Below are positions 44,691 to 55,001 of a stretch of DNA of 64,000 bases, piece by piece. Each line of letters starts with the position of its first letter. The stretch's first letter is position 1. The DNA is from a virus, in the IMG/VR virus record IMGVR_UViG_3300009285_000883, positions 7,639 through 71,638 of that record; one strand, written 5' to 3'. Position numbers and translations under genes: made by a program. A model generated the notes under the pieces. That model ran no database searches. It saw only the letters and a list, made by a program, of their open reading frames with translations, and was not told the origin of the DNA.

Positions 44691-45977
44691 TTACACCGCG
44701 CCGATCGTGTACTTCTTAATGGCAGGGAGATCGAGGAGCACATTAGACAACTTTGTGTAGAGGCGGATTCCATTCGTGAATGTGATCGTCCCTGACGGGT
44801 CCTTGACTCCACCGCCGTACATGTAGAAGTTCGTGAACGTCTTGCTGGCACGCGCATCTCGCGTGCAGTCAATCGTCCCCTTGGACTGAGTCACGGTGGC
44901 ATAGGTGCCGATCGTCTTGGGGAAGAATGTGCCACCGTTCATGTTGAGGGTTGTGCCGCCGATATTGCCGCCGACATGCTCCACAGTCCCGCCGTTCTGC
45001 GTGAGCGTCGTGAAGGCTGTGCGGAGCTTGGCAGATCCGCTGTCGATGGTGACTGCACCCAGCGTGACGGTGTCGCCTGTTTCCACGACAGGGCTGCCTT
45101 GGCCACCAATCACGAGCGTACCAAGGTTGCCAGCAGTGGTCGGTTCCACGCACACACCCACACGCCCATCGTTCACGGTGAGGTTGTTGGAGGCGTGATT
45201 CCCCTTAATGAGCAGCGGGGCCACGTTGGTTTCGTAGCTCTGCCCGGTGGCATCGACAACGATCGTGGAAGCCGCCGACCCGAAGTCGAGTTTGATATTC
45301 TTCGCGGAGGGAGCATCCACCCTCACATTGGCACACGACGTGAACGTGAGGTACTGTCCGTTCGGCTCATCGAACGGTGTCGATGCGTTCAGCGTGTTGA
45401 CAGCCGGGAGGCCGATCTCGTGCTTGTACCCCTGCGTAACGGTGATACTCGCAGGGGCATATGCGAGGCTGATATTGAACTGAGGTCCAGCCGACGCCCG
45501 GTGATCGAACACGATGTCATCGGCAGCCACTGGAACGGTATCAGCGTCCCAGTTGTCCACGTTGTCCCAGTGGTTCGGCCCGGTTCCTGTGCGGTCAGTT
45601 CCACCGCCTGACGCAAATGTGCCTGACGCAGCCGTTTCACCGACAGTCACCGTTCCTGTTGGGCGCCCGTTCGCCTTGCCTTCCAAGCGAATCCAGTACG
45701 CCGATGCACTGTAGGACAAGGACAGCGTTGCGAACTCGCCGACGCTCGTACCCAGGCAGTCACGGACCTCACCGTTCACAGCCGCACCACCAGTCAGCAT
45801 GTTATACATCGCCTGCGCCATCTGCGCCAGCGTCATCGTGGCAGTGAGTGTCATCGTCAGACGCTTGCCGTTGATCTCGACATATGCCGTCTCCGTGGAC
45901 GCCCACGTGCCAGCGAATACGAAGTATTTCACATCCGTAACGGGAGCCGCCGCGCCGAGCCAATAGCGAGTAGTCAT
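44691..45977 (-). CDS. Tail structural protein, Gly/Thr-rich
   Basis: GPNHWDNVDNW motif; beta-helix-like C-terminus. Confidence 0.6.
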   Translation of the reverse strand: MTTRYWLGAAAPVTDVKYFVFAGTWASTETAYVEINGKRLTMTLTATMTLAQMAQAMYNMLTGGAAVNGEVRDCLGTSVGEFATLSLSYSASAYWIRLEGKANGRPTGTVTVGETAASGTFASGGGTDRTGTGPNHWDNVDNWDADTVPVAADDIVFDHRASAGPQFNISLAYAPASITVTQGYKHEIGLPAVNTLNASTPFDEPNGQYLTFTSCANVRVDAPSAKNIKLDFGSAASTIVVDATGQSYETNVAPLLIKGNHASNNLTVNDGRVGVCVEPTTAGNLGTLVIGGQGSPVVETGDTVTLGAVTIDSGSAKLRTAFTTLTQNGGTVEHVGGNIGGTTLNMNGGTFFPKTIGTYATVTQSKGTIDCTRDARASKTFTNFYMYGGGVKDPSGTITFTNGIRLYTKLSNVLLDLPAIKKYTIGAV

Positions 45978-45989
45978 CGAATCACCTTC

Positions 45990-46715
45990 TTAGACATTAG
46001 GAGGGGCAATGCCCTCGTTCGAGATCGAGTACGGGAGTGAGAACCGATACGCCCATTGAGTCGGCCAGAGCAAACTCTGCAGTCGCCCCTTCTTTTGACA
46101 CGTGCCACGCAGGATGGATCGGCGGTTTCCGTGCTCAAACTGCGGCCAGTACGGTGCGGGAGGCTGAATGTAACCAGTGACTCCTACCGACTCGCCAGAC
46201 TGAATGATGATCTGGGGAGTCAGCTCGCAGTTCACTTGGAGCAGCGGGGGTCCCATGAACTGTGGGATGTACTCCCAGTCAGGACCACCTGTACCGATGA
46301 TCTGAATCGTCTCTTCCCAACTGAATACTTCGTTCTCAGTGAGCAGATAGTCCGCCTGAAACACGGCTCGATAGCTTCGTCCCGTTGCGTACTCTCCACC
46401 GTCCTCTTTGGGATAGTCGAGCGTCAACAACCTGATGCCATTCAGTGACGAGTTGAAATCGAGCACGTGCGCAGACGGTGTATTGTCATCGTGGTACAGC
46501 CCGACCGTGTGCCATTCGTAGCGGTATGCGTCCTCAAGTTCATCAATCGCTGCTTTGATGGTGGATTGCCCAGTGACGCACAGATGGCCCTGAACGGTGA
46601 GCGTTTTGCGGATGAAGGCGTACCGGTTGCGCGGAGAGAAAATGCGCTGCTGCTGGATGTACGTCACATCCACTTCACCAGCGTCGTGTTGGTAGGCGTC
46701 CCACTTGAAATACAC
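45990..46715 (-). CDS. Tail-associated hypothetical protein
   Basis: 241-aa ORF in the tail cluster. Confidence 0.6.
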   Translation of the reverse strand: MYFKWDAYQHDAGEVDVTYIQQQRIFSPRNRYAFIRKTLTVQGHLCVTGQSTIKAAIDELEDAYRYEWHTVGLYHDDNTPSAHVLDFNSSLNGIRLLTLDYPKEDGGEYATGRSYRAVFQADYLLTENEVFSWEETIQIIGTGGPDWEYIPQFMGPPLLQVNCELTPQIIIQSGESVGVTGYIQPPAPYWPQFEHGNRRSILRGTCQKKGRLQSLLWPTQWAYRFSLPYSISNEGIAPPNV

Positions 46716-46726
46716 GCGTCACTCTC

Positions 46727-47080
46727 CTAGCGAAGGCGATCAAAATACCCCTCAAGCGCTTCGATGCGATTGGTCGTTTCGAGCAGCAACTTCTGAATCG
46801 TCGTCAACATCCGAACCAATTGATCCTGGTATGTCGCCATCGCACCAGCCACATCATCACCGGCACGAATTGCGTCAAACCCAGGAGCACGTTCGCCGAC
46901 TTGCGTCCCGAACGGAAGCTCCGGTCCCACAGGAGACTCTTGCCCGAATGAACCTTGATCGTTCTGCAGCCAACGCACATCCACTTCGGAGTAGGCAGTA
47001 TCACCTTTGGCGGGGTGATCGAACGGGTCCGCTTGAGGCAGCAGATTGTCGATCGCCTGTCGTACTTGTTCGTCGGCCAT
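46727..47080 (-). CDS. Hypothetical protein
   Basis: Tightly packed ORF after the tube gene. Confidence 0.6.
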   Translation of the reverse strand: MADEQVRQAIDNLLPQADPFDHPAKGDTAYSEVDVRWLQNDQGSFGQESPVGPELPFGTQVGERAPGFDAIRAGDDVAGAMATYQDQLVRMLTTIQKLLLETTNRIEALEGYFDRLR

Positions 47081-47084
47081 GTGG

Positions 47085-48005
47085 TTACACCGTTGAATCG
47101 TTGGTCCAAATCAGTTCTGCGTCAGTCCCCTTTTTGCGCACTGAGAACTCCAGCGTCAGCGGGATCTCGGTCTTGCCGCGTACGGTCGGAGTCTGGTCAG
47201 CCCACTGCAACCCAGGCATCGCGATTGTCGCCGACACCGTTCCGTTCGTGAGCTTCAGTTCTCCCACGATCCCGCTGATTGCGTTGGCGTTTCCGTAAAG
47301 TGCTGCATACTCAGTGGCCGTGAACGGGTTGTCCGTGATCAGGCTGATCTTGCGACCGCGCGGGCAGATCTGCGTGGGTGTTACACTGTTGACCCACCGT
47401 GGCTGGAGCATGTTGTCGATCACGAGCGCGAACTGCTTGATCTCGTAGGACACCGTGTTCACCTTGAACGTGCCCTCGTAGAACGTGTAGGGGACACGAT
47501 TCGTCCCTGTCCCCAGCGCGGGGATCGTCCCTGCCCAGGATGCCCCACCTGTCTCGGTCTGACCCATCACCTCCAGCACGAGATCAATCAGCTCTTGATC
47601 CTCGTCACCAGTGCCCGCCACGCCTCTCAGGATCGCTCGGTTCGTCTTGCATTCGTCGAAGCGGAAGATAGACCCCACCTTGTCAATCAACAGGCTGTAA
47701 GACGGCAGAGCTTCAGCCAAGGCAAATACGTCCGCGACTTCGGCTTCACCGAGGATACGCGGCAACAGGTGGTCGTAATCGGCTGGTCCCGGCTGCATGC
47801 CGATCCTGCCCGATACGAGGTAACAGCTATTGCGCCCCCGCTCGACACTCTCTGAGCGTGTCCCCGTGATCCCGTTCCCACCTACGACGCGTTGATTCTT
47901 CTGCACAGACTCGTACAAAAAGTCCATGCGATTCGACGAAGCATCGAACGTGGAGTCCGCGTCAAACGCCAGTCGAGCAAATGCGCCCTGCGAGCAACCG
48001 CCCAT
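47085..48005 (-). CDS. Putative tail tube protein
   Basis: 306-aa beta-rich protein with ITGTRS, F.L.IDN.L and ELI.TND patterns; follows the terminator-like gene. Confidence 0.65.
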   Translation of the reverse strand: MGGCSQGAFARLAFDADSTFDASSNRMDFLYESVQKNQRVVGGNGITGTRSESVERGRNSCYLVSGRIGMQPGPADYDHLLPRILGEAEVADVFALAEALPSYSLLIDKVGSIFRFDECKTNRAILRGVAGTGDEDQELIDLVLEVMGQTETGGASWAGTIPALGTGTNRVPYTFYEGTFKVNTVSYEIKQFALVIDNMLQPRWVNSVTPTQICPRGRKISLITDNPFTATEYAALYGNANAISGIVGELKLTNGTVSATIAMPGLQWADQTPTVRGKTEIPLTLEFSVRKKGTDAELIWTNDSTV

Positions 48006-48013
48006 TCATCACC

Positions 48014-48469
48014 TCACAATCGTGTTTCTTGCACAAATGGCCGGATGCACAACGCACACGCGTCAAGGTTGTCATGCTTGAGTCGGTTCCAATCCAGCAC
48101 TTCCTCGTGCTCCACCTTGAGCGTATACACGTCACCGGAAGTCACTCCTGTCAGGGCGCCCTTCTCGACGAACTTACGCCTGATCGTTTCCCTCCACGTC
48201 AGCAGTCGGTCGAGCAAGTAATCCTTGTCGTTGTCGTTGTTGACTATCATCGTCACAGCGCAGCCATATCCAACCGCTTCACGAGCAGTCGTACCGCCCG
48301 AGTATCGCTCCTGCGATGGATGGACCGTGATGCCGGGATAGTAGTTCGACCCATCATGCGGGCGGCGGCGGATGACCACGCAATTATCTGGCAGGCCGGT
48401 CAGGTCGAGCGCGCGAATCACATCGCGGACACCTTCCAAGCACTGCATAAAGATAGACACACCGGCCAT
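48014..48469 (-). CDS. Tail terminator or completion-like protein
   Basis: 151 aa, YPGITV motif, position between adaptor and tube. Confidence 0.5.
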   Translation of the reverse strand: MAGVSIFMQCLEGVRDVIRALDLTGLPDNCVVIRRRPHDGSNYYPGITVHPSQERYSGGTTAREAVGYGCAVTMIVNNDNDKDYLLDRLLTWRETIRRKFVEKGALTGVTSGDVYTLKVEHEEVLDWNRLKHDNLDACALCIRPFVQETRL

Positions 48470-48472
48470 CGT

Positions 48473-49648
48473 TTACTCCCCGAGAACGTTCACGTTACCA
48501 ATGCGGTCGCGCGCCTCGTAAGACTGCGGCACCTGATCAATTCTCCGATCCGAGTCCTTCGCCTCAAGCAGTGCTCGCTCCGCCAACTGCAAGCGTTCGA
48601 TGCGATCCTTAGAGTCACGTTTCGTCAGGATCGCAAACGCCGACTCGCAGAGACGCTGATAGGCTGTCAGCATCGCATTCGTCTCCACGTCGATCGGATC
48701 GCTGACCGTGAACTTGACAGCCGAGATCGCGGCAGCGGGCGCAGCGTCCAATGTGCAGGACGTACCGTTCGAGGCGACCGACACGATGGTTCTCTCGTCC
48801 GTGTACGTGTTAGTCGTGTCACTAAGACCACCGAATACGTTATCGGGTTCGTTCGCGCTCGACCCAAAGCGAATAATGCACCCGACATGAGCCTGCGTGA
48901 AAGCACCCGTGGTGATGCTGCACGTTGTCGATCCGCCAGTGACCGTGACTGTGCCGGTTGAATACTTCTCAGTCACAAGCGGGCGTGGCGAGCGCTGGAA
49001 GTCGTAGCGAAACACGAGCGCCGAGTCCGGTGGCGGCAGGAACACCAGCGACATGTTGTTGATGTAATCGCTGTCTCCCGTCACGTAGGCGTACTCGGGA
49101 TCTCCCGGTTCCGCAGAATCGGACACCGAATCGCGTGACGCCTGATCGGGAAACACCACGTCCAGTGCTTCGTCCTGGGTGACGTTCCAAAGCTGACCCA
49201 TCGTCTTGAACCCGACAGGCAGCGGATACTCGTCGCGGTAGATCGAGTAGACCGTTAATGCCGCTACGTCCGCACCGGGATTCACGTTCGCGTCAAGCAC
49301 GACGTGAGTTGAATCGACGTAGCTTTCAACGGGATAAGCCACGCCAGCAATGAGCAGTTTCCCGAATGCAGCCCACGATGGGAACGTTCCACCTGTCAGC
49401 GTGACGAGTCGCTCAGAGGCACCGCCTGTATGGTCATATGCGAGCGTTCCCGTTGCATACTTTGCAACCGTATTGATGTACCGCGTGCCGTTGTACATCG
49501 CCCACGCATGCGCCGTGTGCAACGAACGCAACGCCTCCTTTGCGGCGCGTTTCGCCATCCGCAACGGGCGACCTTCGCGCGCGTCGTTATACACGTCGAG
49601 AATATGCTCAACGATGTCTTGGTATGTCCAGATTTCGGTTGTTGCCAT
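48473..49648 (-). CDS. Head-tail adaptor-like protein with inserted beta domains
   Basis: TYQDIV, YPLP.GF, FLPPPD..LVFRYDF motifs. Confidence 0.6.
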   Translation of the reverse strand: MATTEIWTYQDIVEHILDVYNDAREGRPLRMAKRAAKEALRSLHTAHAWAMYNGTRYINTVAKYATGTLAYDHTGGASERLVTLTGGTFPSWAAFGKLLIAGVAYPVESYVDSTHVVLDANVNPGADVAALTVYSIYRDEYPLPVGFKTMGQLWNVTQDEALDVVFPDQASRDSVSDSAEPGDPEYAYVTGDSDYINNMSLVFLPPPDSALVFRYDFQRSPRPLVTEKYSTGTVTVTGGSTTCSITTGAFTQAHVGCIIRFGSSANEPDNVFGGLSDTTNTYTDERTIVSVASNGTSCTLDAAPAAAISAVKFTVSDPIDVETNAMLTAYQRLCESAFAILTKRDSKDRIERLQLAERALLEAKDSDRRIDQVPQSYEARDRIGNVNVLGE

Positions 49649-49839
49649 TACTGTGCCCTATGCTGATCTGGAACCGTTCCAACCATTCTCGCGCTGTCCA
49701 CTGCCACACGCGCTGATATGCGGCCATCACCAGTCAACGCTGATGCGCGACGGCCATCACCAACTGCATACAACGGAACTGCTGGCGCTGCAGCAGCGCT
49801 CGCACTCCAATCTAACAACATCAGCACCGCAGGCAGCAT
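49648..49839 (-). CDS. Small hypothetical protein
   Basis: TAATG coupling on both sides. Confidence 0.55.
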   Translation of the reverse strand: MLPAVLMLLDWSASAAAAPAVPLYAVGDGRRASALTGDGRISARVAVDSARMVGTVPDQHRAQ

Positions 49840-51002
49840 TACGCGACCTCCACGTAGGTCACAGCCCAGATCACCGGGGTTGCCGCACCCAGATTGATCG
49901 CGAGTGCCTCGTTGACCGTGTCGGTCTGAAACCAGCCGCCTTGATTAAATGGCATCACCAATCCAGCAGGTCCACCGACGCCATCCATGTCGAGCGTGAT
50001 CTTGTTCGTGCCGTCACCCAGCAACATGTAATCAGCGTTGTACAGGTAGAGCACCACTGCTGTGGCACTGGTGGCTAACAGCGAAAGAGCCAGCACGCGA
50101 ATCTTCTTGTCCGTCACCGCTGCGATGATCGTGTTGGCACCCGAGGCCGTCGCAATCCCACTGAGCCGCTTGATCGTGCAGGCCGTCGTGCCATCGTAGG
50201 CTGCACTGGTTGATGCTTGGCTGATCACACCGCCAATCGTGTTGGTGCCCGCCGAGATGCTCGTCACGTCCACGTCGCCAATGTCCACGCCGCTATTTGC
50301 CGCGAGCTTGCCAATGGCCGCAGTTCCAGCAGGCAGTGATTCACCGAACTTGATGTCGCCAATGTACGTGGCGTCGGTGATGTTATTGGCGGGCACCATC
50401 GACAGCGAAGCAGCCATCGCCTGCATGCCCAAGTTGCCGGAGGGCAGGCTCACGATGTCAACATTGCCGATGTTGTTGTCGCCTGCGGGAAGTGCGTTGG
50501 TGATCGACGTGACCGCACCCACGGTCGTGACAGTGGCCAGCGTCTGTGCCGCAGCGACGTTGATTGTGCCGATGACCTTCGTCGTCTCGGCAGCCAGAGT
50601 GGCGTCTACTGTGAGCGATCCGCCGTTGTCGTCAACGCTCACCACGCCCGTGGAGTCGGTGGCCAGCGTCACACGCACGGCTGCGGCTTCCGTCCCTGCA
50701 CCAATCGGTACAGACGCACCGCCTAGTTGCGTGATGTTGAACCCGGCACCACTGATGGCATTGTCGATGAGCTGCAAAGCTGTGACAGCCGGATCGTCAC
50801 TCGCAAGCGTCATACGCTGTACGCCAGCCGCTACGGCACCCGCTCCACCTACGATCTGGGTAGCGGTCCAGGCACCCTCGCTGCCGCTGATGATGAGTTG
50901 GAAAACACCCGATGCGATCGCGGTGTCACCGGAGAATGTGAGCGAGGCCCCAACAAATGTGGAGCCGCCGACCCCGGCATTGCAAACGAAGTTGTCACTC
51001 AT
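49839..51002 (-). CDS. Fibre-like virion protein with LPAG.N.IG.V repeats
   Basis: RVTLATD and LPAG.N.IG repeats; Ala/Gly/Thr-rich. Confidence 0.7.
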   Translation of the reverse strand: MSDNFVCNAGVGGSTFVGASLTFSGDTAIASGVFQLIISGSEGAWTATQIVGGAGAVAAGVQRMTLASDDPAVTALQLIDNAISGAGFNITQLGGASVPIGAGTEAAAVRVTLATDSTGVVSVDDNGGSLTVDATLAAETTKVIGTINVAAAQTLATVTTVGAVTSITNALPAGDNNIGNVDIVSLPSGNLGMQAMAASLSMVPANNITDATYIGDIKFGESLPAGTAAIGKLAANSGVDIGDVDVTSISAGTNTIGGVISQASTSAAYDGTTACTIKRLSGIATASGANTIIAAVTDKKIRVLALSLLATSATAVVLYLYNADYMLLGDGTNKITLDMDGVGGPAGLVMPFNQGGWFQTDTVNEALAINLGAATPVIWAVTYVEVA

Positions 51003-52103
51003 TTATCCACCTATGATTTTTGCGCCACCACCACCGCCTGCCGCAGTAATATTTCCGCTATCCGAGTCGAGTAGCATCGACATCCACGGAACATGCGTAT
51101 TCGTCTCTGCAAATGATGGTGGCGCACCAGTTGCATCCGTCGTGTACGTCCGCTGCCATTCGCCAAGCCATAGACACGCCCGGCTATCTGCGTTGTCGTG
51201 GCACGTAGCATAACCGAGAGAGTAATAATTGGACGCATCACCCGCAGCACCTGAGTGACGGCATGTGATTCTGTACTGCGATGACTGGTCTAAAACGCGG
51301 CTCGCCGTAAATAATGCCATTGTCTGAACGGTCGATTGGATATTCCCGACTAGCACCACCTTGCTGGTGTCGATGAGAGTCGTGCCTTTGTAAAGTCGGA
51401 ACTGAACGCCGCTCCCAGGCGACCCTACGATCCTTACATTGCCACACACGCCAGCAAGAACGAACTGCCCATTAGCGGGAGTCGTGAATAGAGCGCCGTC
51501 CTCTCGGTTGCTGTAAATCGCGTACGAGGCAGAACCTGACGACGATCCCGACAGCGGCATCCCACTAAAGCCATCCGAGTACTCAAGCCGCAGTGATCCG
51601 GTGCGATATCGCACACTCGTAGCCCACGCAGTGCCGGCATCCAGCGTTTGCACGGACTTCGTTGGACCAACAGACGAATAGTGACCGGTCGCATCGCTAC
51701 ACACTAGAAACGTAGGGTAGTTGCTGGCTGGTGTTCCTGTCGTGTTTTTGAGCACAATCCAATACTGCGCGCCACCCGTCAATGCGTAGCTGAGTCCAGT
51801 AAACTCGACCCAGGCCGCTCCGGTTGGGAGGGCCGTCACCGTGGAGGTGGATGCCAGTGACGTACCCGGCACACCGTTGCTATCGCTGAATATGTGGCAC
51901 TCTAGGCCAGTCAGCGTCCCCGCCACAGCCGATGCGTACGCGAGCACCTTATTGAGCGTTGCGCCTCCAGGTGGCGCGAGAAACGCGATCCCCAGCCATG
52001 CGTTCGCAGAATTGAGAACGTATGACGTAGTAGACGGGTACTGAATAGCATGACTAGCAGGCCCAACCCAAATCTGATTGTGGTAGTGGTACCCGAATCC
52101 CAC
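51003..52103 (-). CDS. Beta-sandwich virion protein
   Basis: SDSNGVPGT.LA, WVEF, QYWIVL motifs. Confidence 0.65.
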   Translation of the reverse strand: MGFGYHYHNQIWVGPASHAIQYPSTTSYVLNSANAWLGIAFLAPPGGATLNKVLAYASAVAGTLTGLECHIFSDSNGVPGTSLASTSTVTALPTGAAWVEFTGLSYALTGGAQYWIVLKNTTGTPASNYPTFLVCSDATGHYSSVGPTKSVQTLDAGTAWATSVRYRTGSLRLEYSDGFSGMPLSGSSSGSASYAIYSNREDGALFTTPANGQFVLAGVCGNVRIVGSPGSGVQFRLYKGTTLIDTSKVVLVGNIQSTVQTMALFTASRVLDQSSQYRITCRHSGAAGDASNYYSLGYATCHDNADSRACLWLGEWQRTYTTDATGAPPSFAETNTHVPWMSMLLDSDSGNITAAGGGGGAKIIGG

Positions 52104-52141
52104 CTCACCCTCCCTCTCGCCCGGCGTGCCGGGGGTTCGTG

Positions 52142-52786
52142 TTATGCCGCCTTCAGTTCGTTGCGATACACTTCCACCACTGGCTGGTTCGGCGGCTCGT
52201 AGAGCACAACCGAAGCGACGTTACTTGCCAGCCATCGCGTGATTGTTCTCCAGTACGACAACTCCAGCAGTTCGCCTTTGCCACCCATGTGATACGACAC
52301 AAACGGGACGATTGGCTTAGTGTGTGCGTACCGTCTTCCACACTCTTCGGCCATCAAGTCAGCACCGAGAAGCCACGATCTCGGGTTAGGCGTGCGTGGA
52401 TACAATTCCGGGCACCACACGCCGAGCATGGATACGTCTACCGCATCAGTCCACGCTCGCCACCGTGCAATGCGTGATTCGAGCGTTGGCTTGGGAACGT
52501 CCATCGCCGCCATCGAACGCTGCACGCCCATCCACGATTCTGTTACCGGGCACCCGTAGATGCCGAGTCGCTCAGGCATGGCGAACGAGCGGACTGTTAA
52601 GTTGATTGCCTCCGGTGTCCGCCCGGGCAGTCGATGGTCCCAGCGTTCGCAATCGACGAAGATTGGCCCGATAAGCGGAAGTCGCTCTTTGGCAGCAGCA
52701 ATCTTGTCCGCGTCTGGCTCGCCATCGCTGCCGCGAATTTGCCAATTTCGAACTGACTCAGCCCCGCCCCAATGGTAAATCTTCAC
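52142..52786 (-). CDS. Possible glycoside hydrolase (GH56 hyaluronidase-like D-x-E)
   Basis: IFVDCERW, GIYGCP, PELY motifs; GTGA coupling to the upstream gene. Confidence 0.45.
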   Translation of the reverse strand: MKIYHWGGAESVRNWQIRGSDGEPDADKIAAAKERLPLIGPIFVDCERWDHRLPGRTPEAINLTVRSFAMPERLGIYGCPVTESWMGVQRSMAAMDVPKPTLESRIARWRAWTDAVDVSMLGVWCPELYPRTPNPRSWLLGADLMAEECGRRYAHTKPIVPFVSYHMGGKGELLELSYWRTITRWLASNVASVVLYEPPNQPVVEVYRNELKAA

Positions 52787-54261
52787 TTCACCACCTTCAT
52801 AATGCGGTGATCCATGCGGCCCATGAAGCGTGGCACAAACGAAAACGAGTGATCTCCAAATACGTGTGACTGAGCGTCCCATTCAGCCAGTGTTCTGCTT
52901 GTTCCCTCGTCATTCCAGTTGCTGCCAAACGCCGTTGTTTTGGAGTAGTAGTTGTTCCCGTAGAAGTTGATCGTTTGATTTACATCAACCACCTCTACGA
53001 GATCATCCGGCACAGTCTGGCCAGGATAGATATAGACCGCGTTTCCAGCGAAGATGCAGCCCGTTGAATGGACCAGCGCATCAGACTGGACGTAGAGGAA
53101 ACGCGGAGACGATGCACTGCTGATAATGTAGGTGTTGCCGGTAACGACACAATCAGCCGCACCCTTCAAGTGATGAGCGGCCGTTCCGGTGAGGAACTCG
53201 GACACGTTGTGCGACTGAACGCCTCGCACCGTATCTTTGTGGATGTACCCAATGACAGCATATCGGACTCGGTTGTTCCATACTTCTATGTCATCGCCAT
53301 CGCGCGCCATGATTCCGTGCAGCGATGTCGGTGCGGCCGGGCCGCGCACGTCGTTGTTGTAGATCAAGCCCGCGTCAGGGCCTGCACCGTACGTGTCGTG
53401 CCCAATACCGAGGATGATTCCCGCTGGCGAGTTGCAGCGACCCAGGTTGTCGTAGATGGCCGGAGCGGCGACGGCAGTGATGTTCGGATTGGCGATCGTG
53501 TAGAGCGAGCCGGATGCTGAGGCGTGCGTCGTCAAGTCCAGATTGCACCCGTGAATCTTCGCCGTGCCAATGTCGATCAGCAGGACACCATTGCAGTACC
53601 CGCTGTTGGTGGACGATACGATAGTCCCAGTGACTCCCGCAATGTCTGCCTCGGTGTTGGCGTGGTTGCCCTCAATAATCACGCCACCCCGGTTCGCGGC
53701 AATCGCACCCGTCATGGTCAGGTCGAGGCCATCCACAACAATCGAATCGCCGTCCGCACTGTTGTAAATGTACAGCCCAGCCCCAGTGCTGGCGCCGCCG
53801 TCCTGCATGTCGCAGTCCGTCATTCCAAGCAGAGCGCCGCTGACCGAGTAGATGCCGAAGACAGCAAACTTGATTCCAACTCTCGTGAGCGTTATCTGCC
53901 CAGCCTTGAATGTGCTGTCGATCCGCAGCGCGGCGGATGTTGAGGCTAGGCCATTAAAGATCACATCCGTCGCGGTCAGTGTTTTACCGGCCGCCCAAGT
54001 GATGCCAGAGGCACCGGCACCAGCTGCCAGCAGCGTGATTGTGGGTCGCCCGCTGGCGGTCGGATCTTTGAGGATGGTGATATTGTTGTCGATGTCGAAT
54101 CGAGCATTGCATACTACGTCACCGTTGACGTAGACGGTATCGTCGCCGGACCACGTAAAACCTGCCCCGTTCACCGGGTTGAGCGAGGCCCACGGGGTGC
54201 CTTCCGAGCCATCGCCCGTCGTGTCATTGCCCGTTGCCGCATTCACATAGTACGTCGCCAT
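52783..54261 (-). CDS. Right-handed beta-helix protein (tailspike or depolymerase-like)
   Basis: TYYVNAATGND..GDGS..TPW N-terminus, repeated I.NN beta-coil pattern. Confidence 0.75.
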   Translation of the reverse strand: MATYYVNAATGNDTTGDGSEGTPWASLNPVNGAGFTWSGDDTVYVNGDVVCNARFDIDNNITILKDPTASGRPTITLLAAGAGASGITWAAGKTLTATDVIFNGLASTSAALRIDSTFKAGQITLTRVGIKFAVFGIYSVSGALLGMTDCDMQDGGASTGAGLYIYNSADGDSIVVDGLDLTMTGAIAANRGGVIIEGNHANTEADIAGVTGTIVSSTNSGYCNGVLLIDIGTAKIHGCNLDLTTHASASGSLYTIANPNITAVAAPAIYDNLGRCNSPAGIILGIGHDTYGAGPDAGLIYNNDVRGPAAPTSLHGIMARDGDDIEVWNNRVRYAVIGYIHKDTVRGVQSHNVSEFLTGTAAHHLKGAADCVVTGNTYIISSASSPRFLYVQSDALVHSTGCIFAGNAVYIYPGQTVPDDLVEVVDVNQTINFYGNNYYSKTTAFGSNWNDEGTSRTLAEWDAQSHVFGDHSFSFVPRFMGRMDHRIMKVVK

Positions 54262-54265
54262 GAAA

Positions 54266-54496
54266 CTACGCCTCCCCGCTCCGCTTTAGCCACTCAAGCA
54301 TCATGCCCAAGTCGCCGTTTTCCAACTTGTTAATTAGCCGAGCCGTCGCCCACTCCTCAAACAGTGGCAGCAGGTCCTCCTCACCCAGGTCAACTTTTTC
54401 GCCACTGGGTGTCTCGACTTTGATCCATAGGCTGCCGCCTCCTCGCGTCCAGATGTAGCCACGGCCGTCGCTTAGTGTTTGCCGACTGAACCCCAT
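54266..54496 (-). CDS. Hypothetical protein
   Basis: GGAGG RBS. Confidence 0.6.
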   Translation of the reverse strand: MGFSRQTLSDGRGYIWTRGGGSLWIKVETPSGEKVDLGEEDLLPLFEEWATARLINKLENGDLGMMLEWLKRSGEA

Positions 54497-54499
54497 GTC

Positions 54500-54670
54500 T
54501 CACGCCTCCCCGATGATGCGTTCGATCGAATCACGATTTCCATCGATATGCTTTAAACAGTCACCGCACAAGCATTCTGTAAGAAGATCCATAACCTGAT
54601 GCACTTGCGACTCATTCAGTCGCATTGCACGTAGCTTTCTTTCAAGCAGTGTTACTGCATCTTCTTTCAT
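54500..54670 (-). CDS. 56-aa hypothetical protein (not in the ORF track)
   Basis: Hand translation MKEDAVTLLEKKL...IIGEA; fills the gap. Confidence 0.5.
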   Translation of the reverse strand: MKEDAVTLLERKLRAMRLNESQVHQVMDLLTECLCGDCLKHIDGNRDSIERIIGEA

Positions 54671-54677
54671 GTGTTTA

Positions 54678-54995
54678 TTACCCTGCTCGATTCAACGCCA
54701 CTTCCGTTTCGGTGCCAACCAGCTTGATCCATTTGATGCTGTGAATAGGCGGCAAGTCAAACAGACCTGCGGCAGCAGCCACGATCGACTTCTCAACACC
54801 GTCCACGTCGTAGCACTGTACGAACGTGCGGTTCCGTGGGTCCTCGTAATTGCACCCGTAGACGTTGATCGTCAGCGCGCCCGGAACCTGCACCGAAGCG
54901 CCTGCCCAGACACTTGCTTCCAGAACCACCGCGTCGGCCTCGGCATCCACAATGTATAGATCCGGTGTCGACTCACGCGTTATCTTCATCGCCAC
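54678..54995 (-). CDS. Hypothetical virion protein
   Basis: 105-aa beta-rich ORF. Confidence 0.6.
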   Translation of the reverse strand: MAMKITRESTPDLYIVDAEADAVVLEASVWAGASVQVPGALTINVYGCNYEDPRNRTFVQCYDVDGVEKSIVAAAAGLFDLPPIHSIKWIKLVGTETEVALNRAG

Positions 54996-55001
54996 TTCTC
55001 G

